From assembly GCA_964106915.2 (NCBI GenBank), contig OZ066917.1: DNA of 64,000 bases, one strand, 5' to 3'. Source of the DNA: Podarcis gaigeae (taxonomy: Eukaryota). Positions 10,301 through 23,500 of the stretch are shown here, piece by piece (the stretch's first letter is position 1; each line of letters opens with the position of its first letter). The translations under genes and the position numbers were made by a program. The notes below the pieces were generated by a model. That model was given only the letters and a program-made list of their open reading frames with translations, searched no databases and was not told where the DNA came from.

Positions 10301-13300
10301 TCTGTATGTGTGTATGTATGTATCTCTGTATGTATCTGTTGTGTCTATATATAGATGTACATTTATGTCTACATACAAAAACACACACATACACGCCAGC
10401 AAATGATTTTGAAAAAATGTGAAGCAAAAATATTTACTGGCCCAATTAATTTAATAAAAACACAACATCACAATTAATACCATGGCTTTAACAGCAATCT
10501 TCGAAAAGTATTCTTTCTTTCTTTTTTTTTTTTGCAAGTATTGCAAGTTAAATTACAGCTGTGAATGTTCACATCAGTCGAGTTACAGAAGAAGAAGGAG
10601 GATAAGCTCTGCTCTCCTTCAAGAACAGAGAAGGAAGAAAATGACTGCATTTCTGGACTGTTGCCAGAGAGAAGCTATGTCCTAACCTGGTTGCTAAACA
10701 ACACCGAATTGGAGGTTGACTTCTAAAGCAGAATATCTATTTTGTTTTTCAATGAGCTATAACAGTTCATTGTTTTTAAGCTCTTTTTATTGTATTACTT
10801 CTATGAAACAATAGAGGGGCAATTCCCAAACAAAGCAAAAATGAAAGGGGAGCTAATAATTACATTCATGAATTAAAATTTTCTGGTGCCCTGCTATATT
10901 GTCCAAATATTTAGTATTCAAAATAGCCTGTTGCCTGATATAGACTCCATTCCCTGGGATGTGTGCACCACCAACTCTGTGTATCCTTACATCAGCTTTG
11001 CACCTCCGTACAATTGCCCTGTATGATCAGCACACTCTCTCTGAGCCGGAGCCAAAGAGCTGGATCAAGGCTCTTGTGATAAATACATGGCATCAAATAC
11101 AATGGTTCCACTTAGGTAAGTAGGGGGTAATTAGGGAACATGGCATTACAGCAAACGTTGGGCAAAGTGTTCTCTGCCATTGAATTATTCCTTAAACAGA
11201 ATCTGTTTTGGGAAATGCTGAAACCGCTCTAAATGAAAATAACAAGCTGTGGTGCAGCATTAGCAATAGCTTAACAGTTGCTACTTTAAAAAAGAAAAGA
11301 AAAGATATCAACAGCATCTATTGTCGACTTGTATTGACTTTGTTTCTAAAAATGGGGATAGTATTATTTCCCTTTATTTATTTATTTATTTATTTATTTA
11401 TTGAATTTATATCCCACTCCTCCCTGAGGATATATTCAGCATTTGCCAAACTGGATTACCCCATGTTGCCCTGGCATGTTTTGCAGTGAGTCATATGGTA
11501 AGTTTCCCTTGCACAGCCATCCTTCAAGAGACCTCTGGGCATGACTTTTTGTTTGTACTCTTTGTTGAACCAAAGTTGAAATAACAGTCAAGGGAAATGC
11601 CCAAGTATTGCCTGGTTCCAAATAATTGTAACCTGGTTTACCTCGTAGGTGTCCTTGTTTGACTTGTATTTTTCTATCCGACACCAATGGTTCATGTACA
11701 CATTATCGGGAGCTTCTGTCTTCTGGAAGGATAAATAATAATTGTAAGGTATTTGTGGGGAGAATTAGAGCACAGATTAGTTCAAATACTTGTTTAAAAG
11801 AATTGCAATCACTACTTCCAGCCTAAATATTGGGGTGGCCAGACTGGAATCTACTGGTGGGTAGGTAGGTGATTTGCATAGTTTGGCAAGTTCTGGGTTA
11901 AGAGCATCAACATCTAAAAGGCTTCCTCCCTATTCTAAATTAGGCTGCTGAAATAAAGAATGACTCATAAAAAGCCAAGAGTGGAGTTTTGACCTGGGCT
12001 GAGCATATGGTTAGTACTACTTTGCGTTCTGAAAATATGTCCTTTCCCAGAGTCACTAATTTTGCACCTGGTTCCTCCTCCTCAGGACATTAGTGGGGAA
12101 AAATCAAGTAGATCCCACAAGCCTGAAGTCTGCCCTCCTCAGTTATTATTTGACAGTATAGTCTAACAAAATTACAATCTTGTAATTGTCTAGTAACAGG
12201 TTAAATCCAAATAACCATGGTAGGTAAACGGGTATAGGACTGTAGCCTCAATCTCACAATTATTTTACTTCAGAAATTGCTGAAAATAAATAGTCACCTA
12301 TACATCTTCTTAACATGCTTCCCTTCCAAATATAATCATAACCAGGGATGCATTTAACAATTCTTGTTACTCACAAAAATAATCACCTTCAGGTAAAACG
12401 GAAACCAATCAGATGTTGATAAACAAGCACTAACCATGGGAATTAAATTATTTTAAAAATGCGACCAGTTTCCTTGATGCTTGAACTGGAAAGCCTCTAG
12501 GGCGTCCAAATTCTCTTTTAAACAAGAAACACCCAAAAGGCAGAGGGCTTACAAGCAACTTCCTCATTAATTGCACCTCTACCTACTTTAACAGAAAAAG
12601 AGTCAACCATCATGTAGCTCAAAAGGACAGGCTAACAATTCCTTCCTGATAATCTTTTATATAGCTCTGAGGTAGCACTGCTGGGAGTTTGGACTTTTCA
12701 AAGAAGACAGAGATAACAGAGGAAAGTGCTCTTCATTATTGATGGAACCTTCCTCGTATGGAAGAGGATAAAGACTGGGCCCTCTCAAAGTGTGTCACAG
12801 GTGACAGCTACAATCCATTTCTTTAATCTAGGAGTTTCAGATTGAGGTGACAGTAACTGAGTTATTGTGCTGGTATTCACTGTCTGATAGAAATCTATCA
12901 TGGTCACAGAAGGCTGGCGAGTGATTTTCTACAGGCTCACAAAGCAACCTGGTATCACAGCGAGTTATTAAGATGATAGCTATTTCACTTTGAGGAATGT
13001 AACCAGCTTCTGGTACACCAAATTGCTTTTATGAACTAGTTCTGATACTTTGGGTGTGATAGCGATGCAGAAGAAAAAAAGATTATTTAAACTGAGATGT
13101 TCTGAGGAGAAAATGTAATAAGGAATGAATCTAGCAAAAATAAAATCAATATTCCCCCCCCCCCCCCATGCAACTCTTGCCTATAAGATGACAACATGTG
13201 AAGAGCAATTCTAACAAAGAGCCCAGGTAGTGCAGGGCAATGGACTCAACAATACATCTGCAGCCCTGCTGGAAGGGTGGAGTGTAGGGTTGTTGTTGTT

Positions 13301-13567
13301 TATTGTTGTACCAGCACCATGTTGGCGCAGCTGAGGGGCTTGAGGATGGGGACCACTTGTGGATCCTTAAGGCTTTGGATCTAGTTTCGGAGTTTTCTAC
13401 CTGGCTAGTAGCCGCCTTCTCAGTTAGCAGAGGCCAGAGGAGACACAAGGACTCACCATTCTAACCACACACACCCCAACAACATTTGGGCTTAGCATTC
13501 TGGCCTCAGTACGTTAAATGGCTATATCAGTTAAAAATCTGACCAAAAAATTGCTTCCAAATAATTG

Positions 13568-13610
<43 letters not shown>

Positions 13611-15941
13611 TTGTTAGTACAGGTATGACAAAACCTGTGAACGGCAGGTACAATTTTGAAAAGGTACTCTTCCCCTCCCCTTTTGCACTTAAATTCAAAC
13701 TTATATCAGTTTTTTAAACTGATTGATGAAATAATACTCTTATGATGAATTAAGGTTTTTGTTTCCAACATAGGGGACAGCCCCAAAATGACAGTTATTG
13801 CTACCTCTAAGAGTAAACTCAGGTGCTGAGTGCCAAAATGACGTGGCGACCGAGAAACAAGAGGGCGGTATCAGAAGGCTCAGTGAAACCCTGACATTTG
13901 CAGAAATACAAATTACAACTGTTTAAAAAATCTTCTCTCTTTTAACCACCCCCACTGTCCTTTATAGCTTATAATCTCTTGGAGGACATGGCTACCTGAT
14001 TGACAGCAGGCGCATCATTGCCACTTATCTGGATGTTGCAGGAGCAGCAAGTGAAGTCAAGGCAGTGTGGCAAACTGGCAAGAGTGCCGGGACTGGCTTT
14101 GTCGGTGAGCCTGTGCTGACTGACCTTGCTGCTGCTCTGCCCTGGTAAACGGCAATGCTACTGCCGCTGCCGCCGCCGAGACACTGGCTCTGCCTCCTCA
14201 CCTCTTACACTGGAGACCTCACTTGTAACTAAGGCTGCATACACACTATGCCTTTAAAGCACATTCAAAGGGCATTTCCCCCCTCAAAGAATTCTGGGTT
14301 CTGTAGTTTGCTATGGGTTACTTTGAATTTCAACTGAGAGAGGTAAACTACAGCGTCCAGAATTCTTTGAAGGTAACAAACTGTGGAAGATTGGCAGATG
14401 AAGATGATGGATTTTTTGGAGCTAGTCGACTGGAAGAGTCTGCAACCAGAAGGAGGGGGATTACCAAGAGGAATTGATGAAATTTAAAGACCATTTAGTT
14501 AAATACATTAAGTTAAATTAATTGGAAAAGCTTGCAAATACCAGATAGGCTTAGGATCTAAATATGAAATGTGATAAATTAATATGTTGGAATGCCGAAT
14601 GGGAATGAAAGAAAGATGCTAAGTGATTTAAGTTAATTTTATGAGAATATTGGTTTTGGAAAACCCTTAAAATGATATACACTTAAATTCAACCAGGGGG
14701 ATACGAGGAAGTCATTTAACAATGTCAATAAGATTGGTTTAAATAAGGTTATGATTTATGTTTGTTTGTTTATTTGTTTAAAAAATTCTGGAAAATCAAT
14801 AATTTTTTTTTTTTTAAAGGGAACAAATGTGCTTCGAACATGCTTTAAAGGCATAGTGTGTATGCAATTTACCTAACTTAGCAAAACAGTCCCTATATTA
14901 GGGGGAAATTCATACTTTTGTTGTATATGCATTGTCAAAGCAACAGTCAGTGGCGGATCATAAAATCTCTGTCCCACCACCATGAAACTTCCCCCTGATG
15001 TCCATGGGAATTCTATGCAGGAAGTGAATGCAAAGAATGGAACAGATATATGTCCTGAAGGAAAACAAGTAATAAAGATTTACTGCATGAGGTCATAGGC
15101 GAGAACTGTTTTGTTTAAGTGGCTTGTGCTGTGAGCTAAAAGGGCACACAGAGGTCAAGAAATGCTCTATAGGCTTTTACTTTCCAGTGCCACTTTTAAA
15201 AACAACAAATAAACTAAAATCACTAGGTTGCTTTGCCTTGCTCCCAAGTCACAGAGCGCATCGTATTACTCCTTGCTCTTACTTCCTGCATTTTAAGGAC
15301 AGTTTTAAAATAGCGCTATGCCTTTGCTATCATAATAAAGACACTATAATGCTACGAGAACCTGCTTGGAGTGAGCTCTTTCTCCAAGGTTATAAAATTA
15401 AAGTCTTCTCTGTCGCAAAATTAATGCAAAGTGTGCTGTCTCCTTAAAGAAAAATATAAACATGATTCCTCCTAACTTTTAATACATCATTAAATAGTTA
15501 ATCATGCAGATTTTCTTCTGATTGAATTAACTTCCTTGTAAACGTCCATGTGATGAACCATCATCAGTCAAGTATCTATCTTTCAGTTTAGCCCACACTA
15601 GAAACGAGGACTGCAGCCTGTTATCATTGCTCCTGCGCAAGTGCACTGGCCAGCCATGCCTTCATTCTGGATACTTCATTCTATACCCCACACAGTCATC
15701 TGGTCCTCCCTGCACCTCACAACAGACACTCCATATTCTGTGGCCATTGGGGTTTTCTTCTTTTTTGTGAGAAGAGTCCCCTTAAGTTATTTAAAATCTA
15801 CTTTTGCAAATCTTGTTGTTCCCCAGAATGAGCTGGTAAGCTCCCTCTTGTTTTTCAGTAGCCCTATTTTGACTGCACTGCCTTCAGAACTCAGCACCTG
15901 AGTTCAAGTCTTGGGGAATGGTCATTCAAGCCCCATTATTG

Positions 15942-15985
<44 letters not shown>

Positions 15986-18900
15986 TGCCCTAAACCCAGG
16001 GGTCTCAGGGCGGTTCACAGAATAAAATCACGATATAAAACCATAAAATACTTAATAAAAATAAAAACAACCCAATAGCCCCTCAACACACAAAAAACCC
16101 TACATTTTAAAAGGGCATAGGATATATATCGTATCAACCAAACTTACTCTAAGGCCTGCCAAATAGCGTTCCAGCTTCTTATTAAGCAGGATGTAGATGG
16201 CCAAAGTGTGGCAAGCCCGGTTGGAGAGGACGGTATTGATGACATCACTGTTCTTATAGCCAAGCTTTTCAGTCATGTAGAGCAGCACACTCTGGCTGAT
16301 GTCTTCTATGTGGATTCTAAATGAAGAGAAAAGGGAAGGGGTTATTTCCCCCCTCCATCTTCCAGGGAGAGCGTCACCAGGGAGAGGTGACAACAGACAT
16401 GCTATATAAACCTTAATGGCCACCATGTAACAAGAACTATATACTGTTTTAACCAAACTGATGGTAACAAAGTTGTTGAGACAAAATACTTTTTGTTAGT
16501 TTTAAATTCTGCACACACTTTGTTAAAATAATGTGCATATAAAATAGCACTGGCTGGAAATGTTTTTTAAAAAACATTATCTAGTTACAACACAAATAAA
16601 TAAATAAATAAATAAATAAATAAATACTTATATGCAACTATTTTGAGGGGAAATGTTTCTGTAGCTTGCATCTTCCCCTCATTTTTTTCTGCTGTGCCTT
16701 CTCATTGCTTCAGAATACCCACAAGACCAATAAAGGTGCTAAACAGTAAGCATAAGCACTATATATAATGTTTAGTGCCCTAGAAATAGCACATCAAGAA
16801 TGACAGCCTCCCTGGGAACCTATATTTGATTTGTTATCACTTGGGGCCAAATTCAAAGTGATGTTAAATGTTCCTTTGCATTTAACATGCATGTGGGTGT
16901 TTGTTTGTTTTGTTTAAAAGCAAATAGCAACCACTGTGGAAGCTGGTAATTATAAGGATCACAGCAGATGGAGTGGGGTTTAATCCTTTCCTTCCTCTGC
17001 TCCAGCCCCGATGAAGATGGCTTCTCCAAAGCGGACATTTGCAAAGAGAAGGAAATTCCCATTGGCACCACAAGACGTGGTGATACACAGTGGTTTACAT
17101 GGAACTATAAAAGGCAATTAGATCAATTCATGAAATATCAGTAATTACTAAATGGAACACCCTCGTACAAAGGCAGAGGACCTTTGGATACCAGTTGCTA
17201 AAGGCCAAACATGATTGTTTGGAGATACCTAGAAGCATCTGACTGGCCGCTGTTGGAGACAGAGACAATGGACAGGAGGGAACTTCAGTCTGCAATCCTA
17301 AACACACTTGCCTGGGAGTCACTGGCAGAGGAAGGGGGATGCATGGGGTGGGGTGCGGTCCGCCCCGGGTGTCATCCTTGAGGGGAGGGGTGACATCACC
17401 CCCTGCCCCCGGGTGCACAGCATGTGCACTGCTCCAGGTGCCAGAGCAGCTGCTGGGAGTAAGCCCCACTGAAGTAAGTGCCCGCCTCTGCTGGGAGTAA
17501 GCCGCAATGAATTCAGAGGTGCTTATTTTTCAGTAGACATGGACTGGATTGTGCTGTTAAAATGATCAATAGGGCCCTTAGGTTATAACGTTAGTTCAAT
17601 GACTCATCTGCTTCACACATTTTGCCTGCCATTCAACATAACACACAAAAACAAACATACACACCCTGGCTAAGGACTGCTTGAAAAATTTACAATTTTC
17701 TTACATGGAAAACAGTTCCACATTGGAAAAATGCTTGAAAACCAAGCTGGGCCAAGACATTTGATTGGTACATATTCTGACTGCATTTGTGCTTATGCAA
17801 TGAAATAGATTTATGTGTGATCATCATGGGTGACGATCTACATACACTATTCGCTTTTTCTTCCTATCTGCAAGAATGAATGGATCCATTTCAGTCACTG
17901 ACCAGAGTGTAACATATACAACAACAGAGAGCATACAGACATAAATAGATAAAATTAAGCTTTATGATAATAGACAATAAATAATTCAGATATAAAACAG
18001 GTAAAATATATAAGTCAAAACCTTAATCACTAATTTAAAACGTATTAAGTCATTGGCCATTTGATTCTCTCAAAGTTTGTGCAGCAGCAGCACAGAATTT
18101 AGCCACTTTTAAGGTAATCTCTGGTTCCCTTTCTATTAAGTATTTTAAGTAATTCCCATCTGCAAGAGATATACTGTGTAGAAAACTCATAACATCTAAA
18201 GTGCCCCAGAGAACAGGCAGTGGAACAACAATGTTTCAACAATGATTTATTTCATCCTCTGATGCACCTACTAAAGCAGCCATTTCTCTCTTGCAGTTTG
18301 CACACTTTGCGAACTTTTGTTGGTTAGAAGCAGCCAGCCCATGAATTTATTAGGTGGCCACAATAAGGCTTACCGTATTTTTCGTCCTATAGGACGCACC
18401 GGCCCATAGGACGCACCTCGTTTTTTGGGGTGGGGAATGAATAAAAAAAATATATTTCCTCCCTCCAGCCGCAGCTGCCGCCCCAAGCCTTGGACACGCC
18501 TGCCCGAAGCACGGGGCACCCTCCGGAGGGCTCCGCGTGCTTCGGGCAGCAGGCTGCCGCCCCAAGCCTCGCGCGCCCGGCAGGAGATCCTGCCGGGCGC
18601 GCAAGGCTTGCAGACACTCGCCCGAAGCACGGGGAGCCCTCCTGCCGGGTGCGCAAGGCTTGCAGACACTCGCCCGAAGCACGGGGAGCCCTCCGGAGGG
18701 CTCCCTGTGCTTCGGGCAACAGGCTGCCGCCCCAAGCCTTGCGCGCCTGGCGGGAGCTCCTGCCGGGCGCGCAGGGTTGCAGACACTCGCCCGAAGCACG
18801 GGGCACCCACCGGAGGGCTCCGCGTGCTTCGGGCAACAGATGCCACCCCAAGCCTCGCGCGCCTGGCGGGAGCTCCTGCCGGGCGCGCAAGGCTTGCAGA

Positions 18901-20502
18901 CACTCGCCCGAAGCACGGGGCACCCTCCGGAGGGCTCCGCGTGCTTCGGGCAACAGGCTGCCGCCCCAAGCCTTGCGCGCCTGGCGGGAGCTCCTGCCGG
19001 GCGTGCAAGGCTTGCAGACACTTGCCCGAAGCACGGGGAAGCCCTCCGGAGGGCTCCCTATGCTTCGGGCAACAGGCTCCTGCCGGGCTCCCAAGGCTTG
19101 CGGATAGCTTCCTGAAGCCTGGAGAGCGAGAGGGGTCGGTGCGCACCGATGCCTCTTGCTCTCCAGGCTTCAGCGAAAGCCTGCATTCGCCCCATAGGAC
19201 GCACACACATTTCCCCTTCATTTTTGGAGGGGGAAAAGTGCGTCCTATGGGGTGAAAAATACGGTATATCCATCACATAAAATCTGCAGTAGATGCTTAG
19301 AAAGGTACCAGCCTCCTCTGCTGTATTAATATCCATCCATGTGTTACATAACCCTCATTACCATAGTAACTAGCACCTCACAATGATTAAAGGTTTTTAT
19401 CCTCACAAACCCCTTTTTGAGGTTGGGAAATATAATCCTCCGCACTACAGGGCTGGGACAAAGGCACTGGGGAAGCAACGCGACTTTGCGCAAGGTTTCA
19501 CCAGAGATTTGGGGCTGATCCAGGAATTGGTCCTAGCAACCCTAAAACCATTGCAGAATACTAATCTTGCTCCCTGCTGCTGAGGAAATATCAGAGACTG
19601 AGAAGAATCAAAAGTGAGAGCTGGCATAGTAAAGCAAATAAGGGGCGAGAATTGAAAGCCAGACAGTAGCAGGCAGTGGGATGGTGCAATTAGGGCAGTG
19701 TTGCTCACCTGCCTTCCCATCACTGCTGGTTCCTGAGAGCAAAAGGAGGAGGGGAAGGGAGCCTGGATGGCAGAGCCAGTCTGATGCACCTGCCAACGCA
19801 CCTGCAGTGCGCTGAGCTCCCCATGCACCACCCGTTTCAGGAACCTGCAGTGATGCTCACGATGAGATGGCAGGTGAGCAACATACCCCTGTCTTTGCTA
19901 CCCTGCCAAACACTATTGGAGCCAGAGAGTCCTCAATCCAAATTTCCCTGCAGCTGTAGACATACTACATTGATACAAAAGAACTCATGCTCAGCCTTTA
20001 ACTTAGAATCTTAGCGTTGGAAGGGACCCAAGGGTCATCTCGTCCAACCCCCTGAAATGCAGGAATCTCAGCTAAAGCATCCATGACAGATGGCTTAACC
20101 ACTTAACCAGTATATAGTCCATTGTTTTGATTTCTTTTTCCTGCAAATGTTTTATGTTGCTGTTCCTCATTCAGATCGAAGATACTCTTGAACCCAAGTA
20201 TTTTTGTTCTGGGAGGGTGGTAATGGTAGAACGGCAGAATTTCAAAGTCATTCTTGGTCATGACTGGTGTTCTGGGAACTACAGTTCTTAGGGGCAAATA
20301 AAACTCACGTGCTTGCCATCATCGCAGTACACGTACCAACATTTCAAAACAGGAGAGATCTCTTGGACAACAGAGACAAGCTTTTTTCAAAAATTCTCCA
20401 GGCTCATAAATGCCAACTAATTCAGAAGTGAGCCAAGGGGAATTCACCCATCATTAGGGCTTATGCTGAATTTTGCAGGATCAGAGTGTGAGAGATAACA
20501 TT

Positions 20503-20553
<51 letters not shown>

Positions 20554-23500
20554 CCTCTGGCTCACTCAAGCAGCCCTTCCTCATTCAAGCAACCCTAATG
20601 ACTTCAGTGGAACTTATCATGTTGGTAAAACAGCCTTATCTTGCACAGTTTACCTGTTTGGATACGTGACATTATTCAGAACTTTTCCATTCTCATTAAG
20701 CCAACGATTCGCTAAGGCTTGTTGGATGTTTGGCCTCTTTGTAGGATCTGGCTCTAGCAGAGATCGTAGGAAGTTCACAGCCGCTGTAAAGACATTAAGG
20801 AGAGAGAAAAAAAGTGTCACATGTTTTGCAAATCCTTTTTGTAGATGATTAATTACAAGAAAGCAACTTTACCAAAAACGTATCAGCTATTACCCCAAAC
20901 ATAACATGAATGGTATTCAGCATGAATTAGAAAAGCACATGGTTTCCAAATGGAGCACACACCACCTCTAGAAACCTGCAAATATGGGCTGTATCTTTTA
21001 CAGAAATGGTGTAAATAGCTCTAAGACTACAACATATGAAGCTACCCTAAACTGAGTTAGACCACTGGACTATATAGCCCAGTACTGTCTACTCTGACTG
21101 GCAGCATCACTCCAGGGTCTCAGGCTTTCCTTATCACCAGAACCTTTTAACTGGAGATTGCAGGGTTGATCCTGGTAAACTGACATGCACTTTATACATG
21201 ACAAAATAAGCATTATGGAATCAAATCAGATGCGTCGTGAACAAACTGAGATCAGCTAAAGAAGTCCATTATGGTGATCACTTCAGTAGGTAAGACAGAT
21301 ATAACAAAACAAATAATTAAACACACTTATGGATGCAACTCTGATGAATCTGGTTTCTAACTCCTATTGAAATAATGGCAGTTACTTCTGTGTGGTTTTA
21401 TCAGCCTGATTTATGCCAAGAACAGCTCTTGTGTTTATACAAACTGCTCACACCATCAGTACATTGTCAGCTTTAAGCATGGTAATTTATTTCAAATGTT
21501 TTTAAATTAAATGTGTGTTTATATATGCCTAAGCTTAAATCAAGAGTCTGACACTTTCTTCTGTGATTTAAAGGAGGGTCACAAAGCCCAATCTTAAAAG
21601 GGTCATGTGCCTTTTTAAGTTAGGAGGCTTTTTAAAAAAAGAAAAGAAAGATAAAAAACCAAGTTGGTATCTGAGCTACAGAAAGGCTCAGTAGTACAAA
21701 ACCAAAGACTGTGATCTCTAAATCCAGTGGGATAAATCTTGCTCTCTGACTGTATAATTAAATGTGTGCGCCACAAGAAATTAATGAGGCTTTGCACTCA
21801 GCATAATAACTAATTTCTGCTTTGCATGTCACTTGTACCAAAACAGCCGTCACATGCAACTGTATTGAGTGGCCCATCTGGTGCATTCTCTAGTGACTAC
21901 AGGAAACATTTGGAGAGGGTGCCAAAATAATCTTGGATGAGTTCCACAACAAGTGCTTGGAAAACGTGACCACAGCAATACTCCCCCCCCCCTTTTGCTA
22001 CAAAGAACATCAATCCAACTAAAAGTGCCAGGTTCCATGTATTTCTGCACCTCACGTGTAAAGAGAGCTGTTCACAAAGAAGATTCACAGCAGCCTAAAC
22101 AGTCTGTGATTTTTTCCTTTACTAAAGAGAAGATAAGTTTGCCTTTAAAAGGCTACCACCTTCATTCAGCCACATTGTCATCCAACCTTCTCAGTACTAT
22201 GCAAGGGCCTTCCCTTAGCCATATTCACACCAGGCAATGATGTCATGCACTTTCCACATGAAGCCAGGAAAAGGAAATACATGCTCATGTTCCACAACAA
22301 ATCAGGGTGCCAGGAAGAGAATAAAATAAAAGGCTTGTCCAATAAATCAGGATTGGGTGGTATCTAGTAGAGTAACAAGAGATTTTCACAACATATAATC
22401 TGAACTAAACGTTTTGTAAGAATCTTACTTTTGTTGCACTGGGCCTGGAATTTAAGGCATTTATTATGTCAGAGATTTATACTCGGTGACCTGAAAATAA
22501 TTTATGTTGGTAGGGTTTTTTTTGGGGGGGCATAAAGAAGTGACTGTGTGTGATATGGGGGGCAGCATGATTTGATTCCTTTCTCCCTGTAAGGCACCAA
22601 AGGGGAGAGGTCTGAAACTAGGATCTCCAGCAGCCAATACCAGTACTTCCCACATCGCAAGCGCTCTTGATCTTCAGAAGGCCAGGATGTTTAGAACAAG
22701 GAAAAGGGTGTCCTCTAGGCCCCATCTCCTGCTTGAAAAGAGCCAGGCAGGCCAAGTTGGTCACAACATAAGGCCTTGCAGCCATGTCAGACCACCAGTT
22801 TGAGTGATTTGTCTTAAGCATGCCTATTCTGCCTACTCTCCTGCTTTGCTTTTTCTTGACTGTCACAGACTGTGACCCTTGTCTGCTGCTGACCTTGTGC
22901 CTGCTTCTATCTTCTCCACCCTTCTATTATTGCCTTGGAACTCACCTTTCTGTTTTGCTCTGGCTCAATACTTGCTTCTTGATCTTTGATCCATGTCCAC
23001 TTAACTTGCCAGTGACCACCATGCCAATTGTCCCTGGCCTGTTGGTCCTCATATGCCTAATCTGGTGCCTGACCTCCTGTACCTAATGCCTTTATGCTCC
23101 TTGTCTACCCATGTTCATATGGAACCACAGGTGCATCCTGTCCTGGAGCTAGGAAGAAGACTGACAATCCCCTTCCTTCCTGTCGTAATAAATCCCAGCT
23201 TCCCCTCCCCTTATGATCTTTTTGACAGTGAAAGGGCAAGGTCTCCTCGCTACTTAAAGGGAGAGGGGGACTGAAAGAAACTGGATCCAGAGGATGCATG
23301 ACAGGATATTTCTCTGGCAGCCTAAAGGCTACACACCTGCACAATCTTCAGACCTTACAGGATTTTAGGAGCTGGAAGAGAATGCAAAACACACCCATCT
23401 TGCATCAGATGTGAAGTGCACATGAATGTGTTCTGAGCCACTCATATGCATCTTAAAGGGGCAACCAGCAAAAATATTTACATGAAATGCAGGGCCTATG

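Noticed and set aside
9933-11040. AG/GT-bounded segments near 9933-9980 and 10991-11040 as the missing HUNK exon
   Set aside because: Lengths are not frame-preserving or contain in-frame stops, and there is no similarity to HUNK.
18480-19100. CRISPR-like array of palindromic repeats
   Set aside because: Vertebrate intron, no unique spacers and no cas genes; it is a plain tandem repeat.
19112-19180. Hammerhead-like CTGAAG...CGAAAG in the MITE hairpin
   Set aside because: The core reads CUGAAGC, not CUGANGA, and it is itself base-paired in the stem; no stem I/III architecture.
18350-19336. Six overlapping long ORFs (192-283 aa) on both strands
   Set aside because: They arise from a stop-poor, GC-rich palindromic minisatellite inside a MITE. 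The translations are repetitive and have no transposase or other domain.
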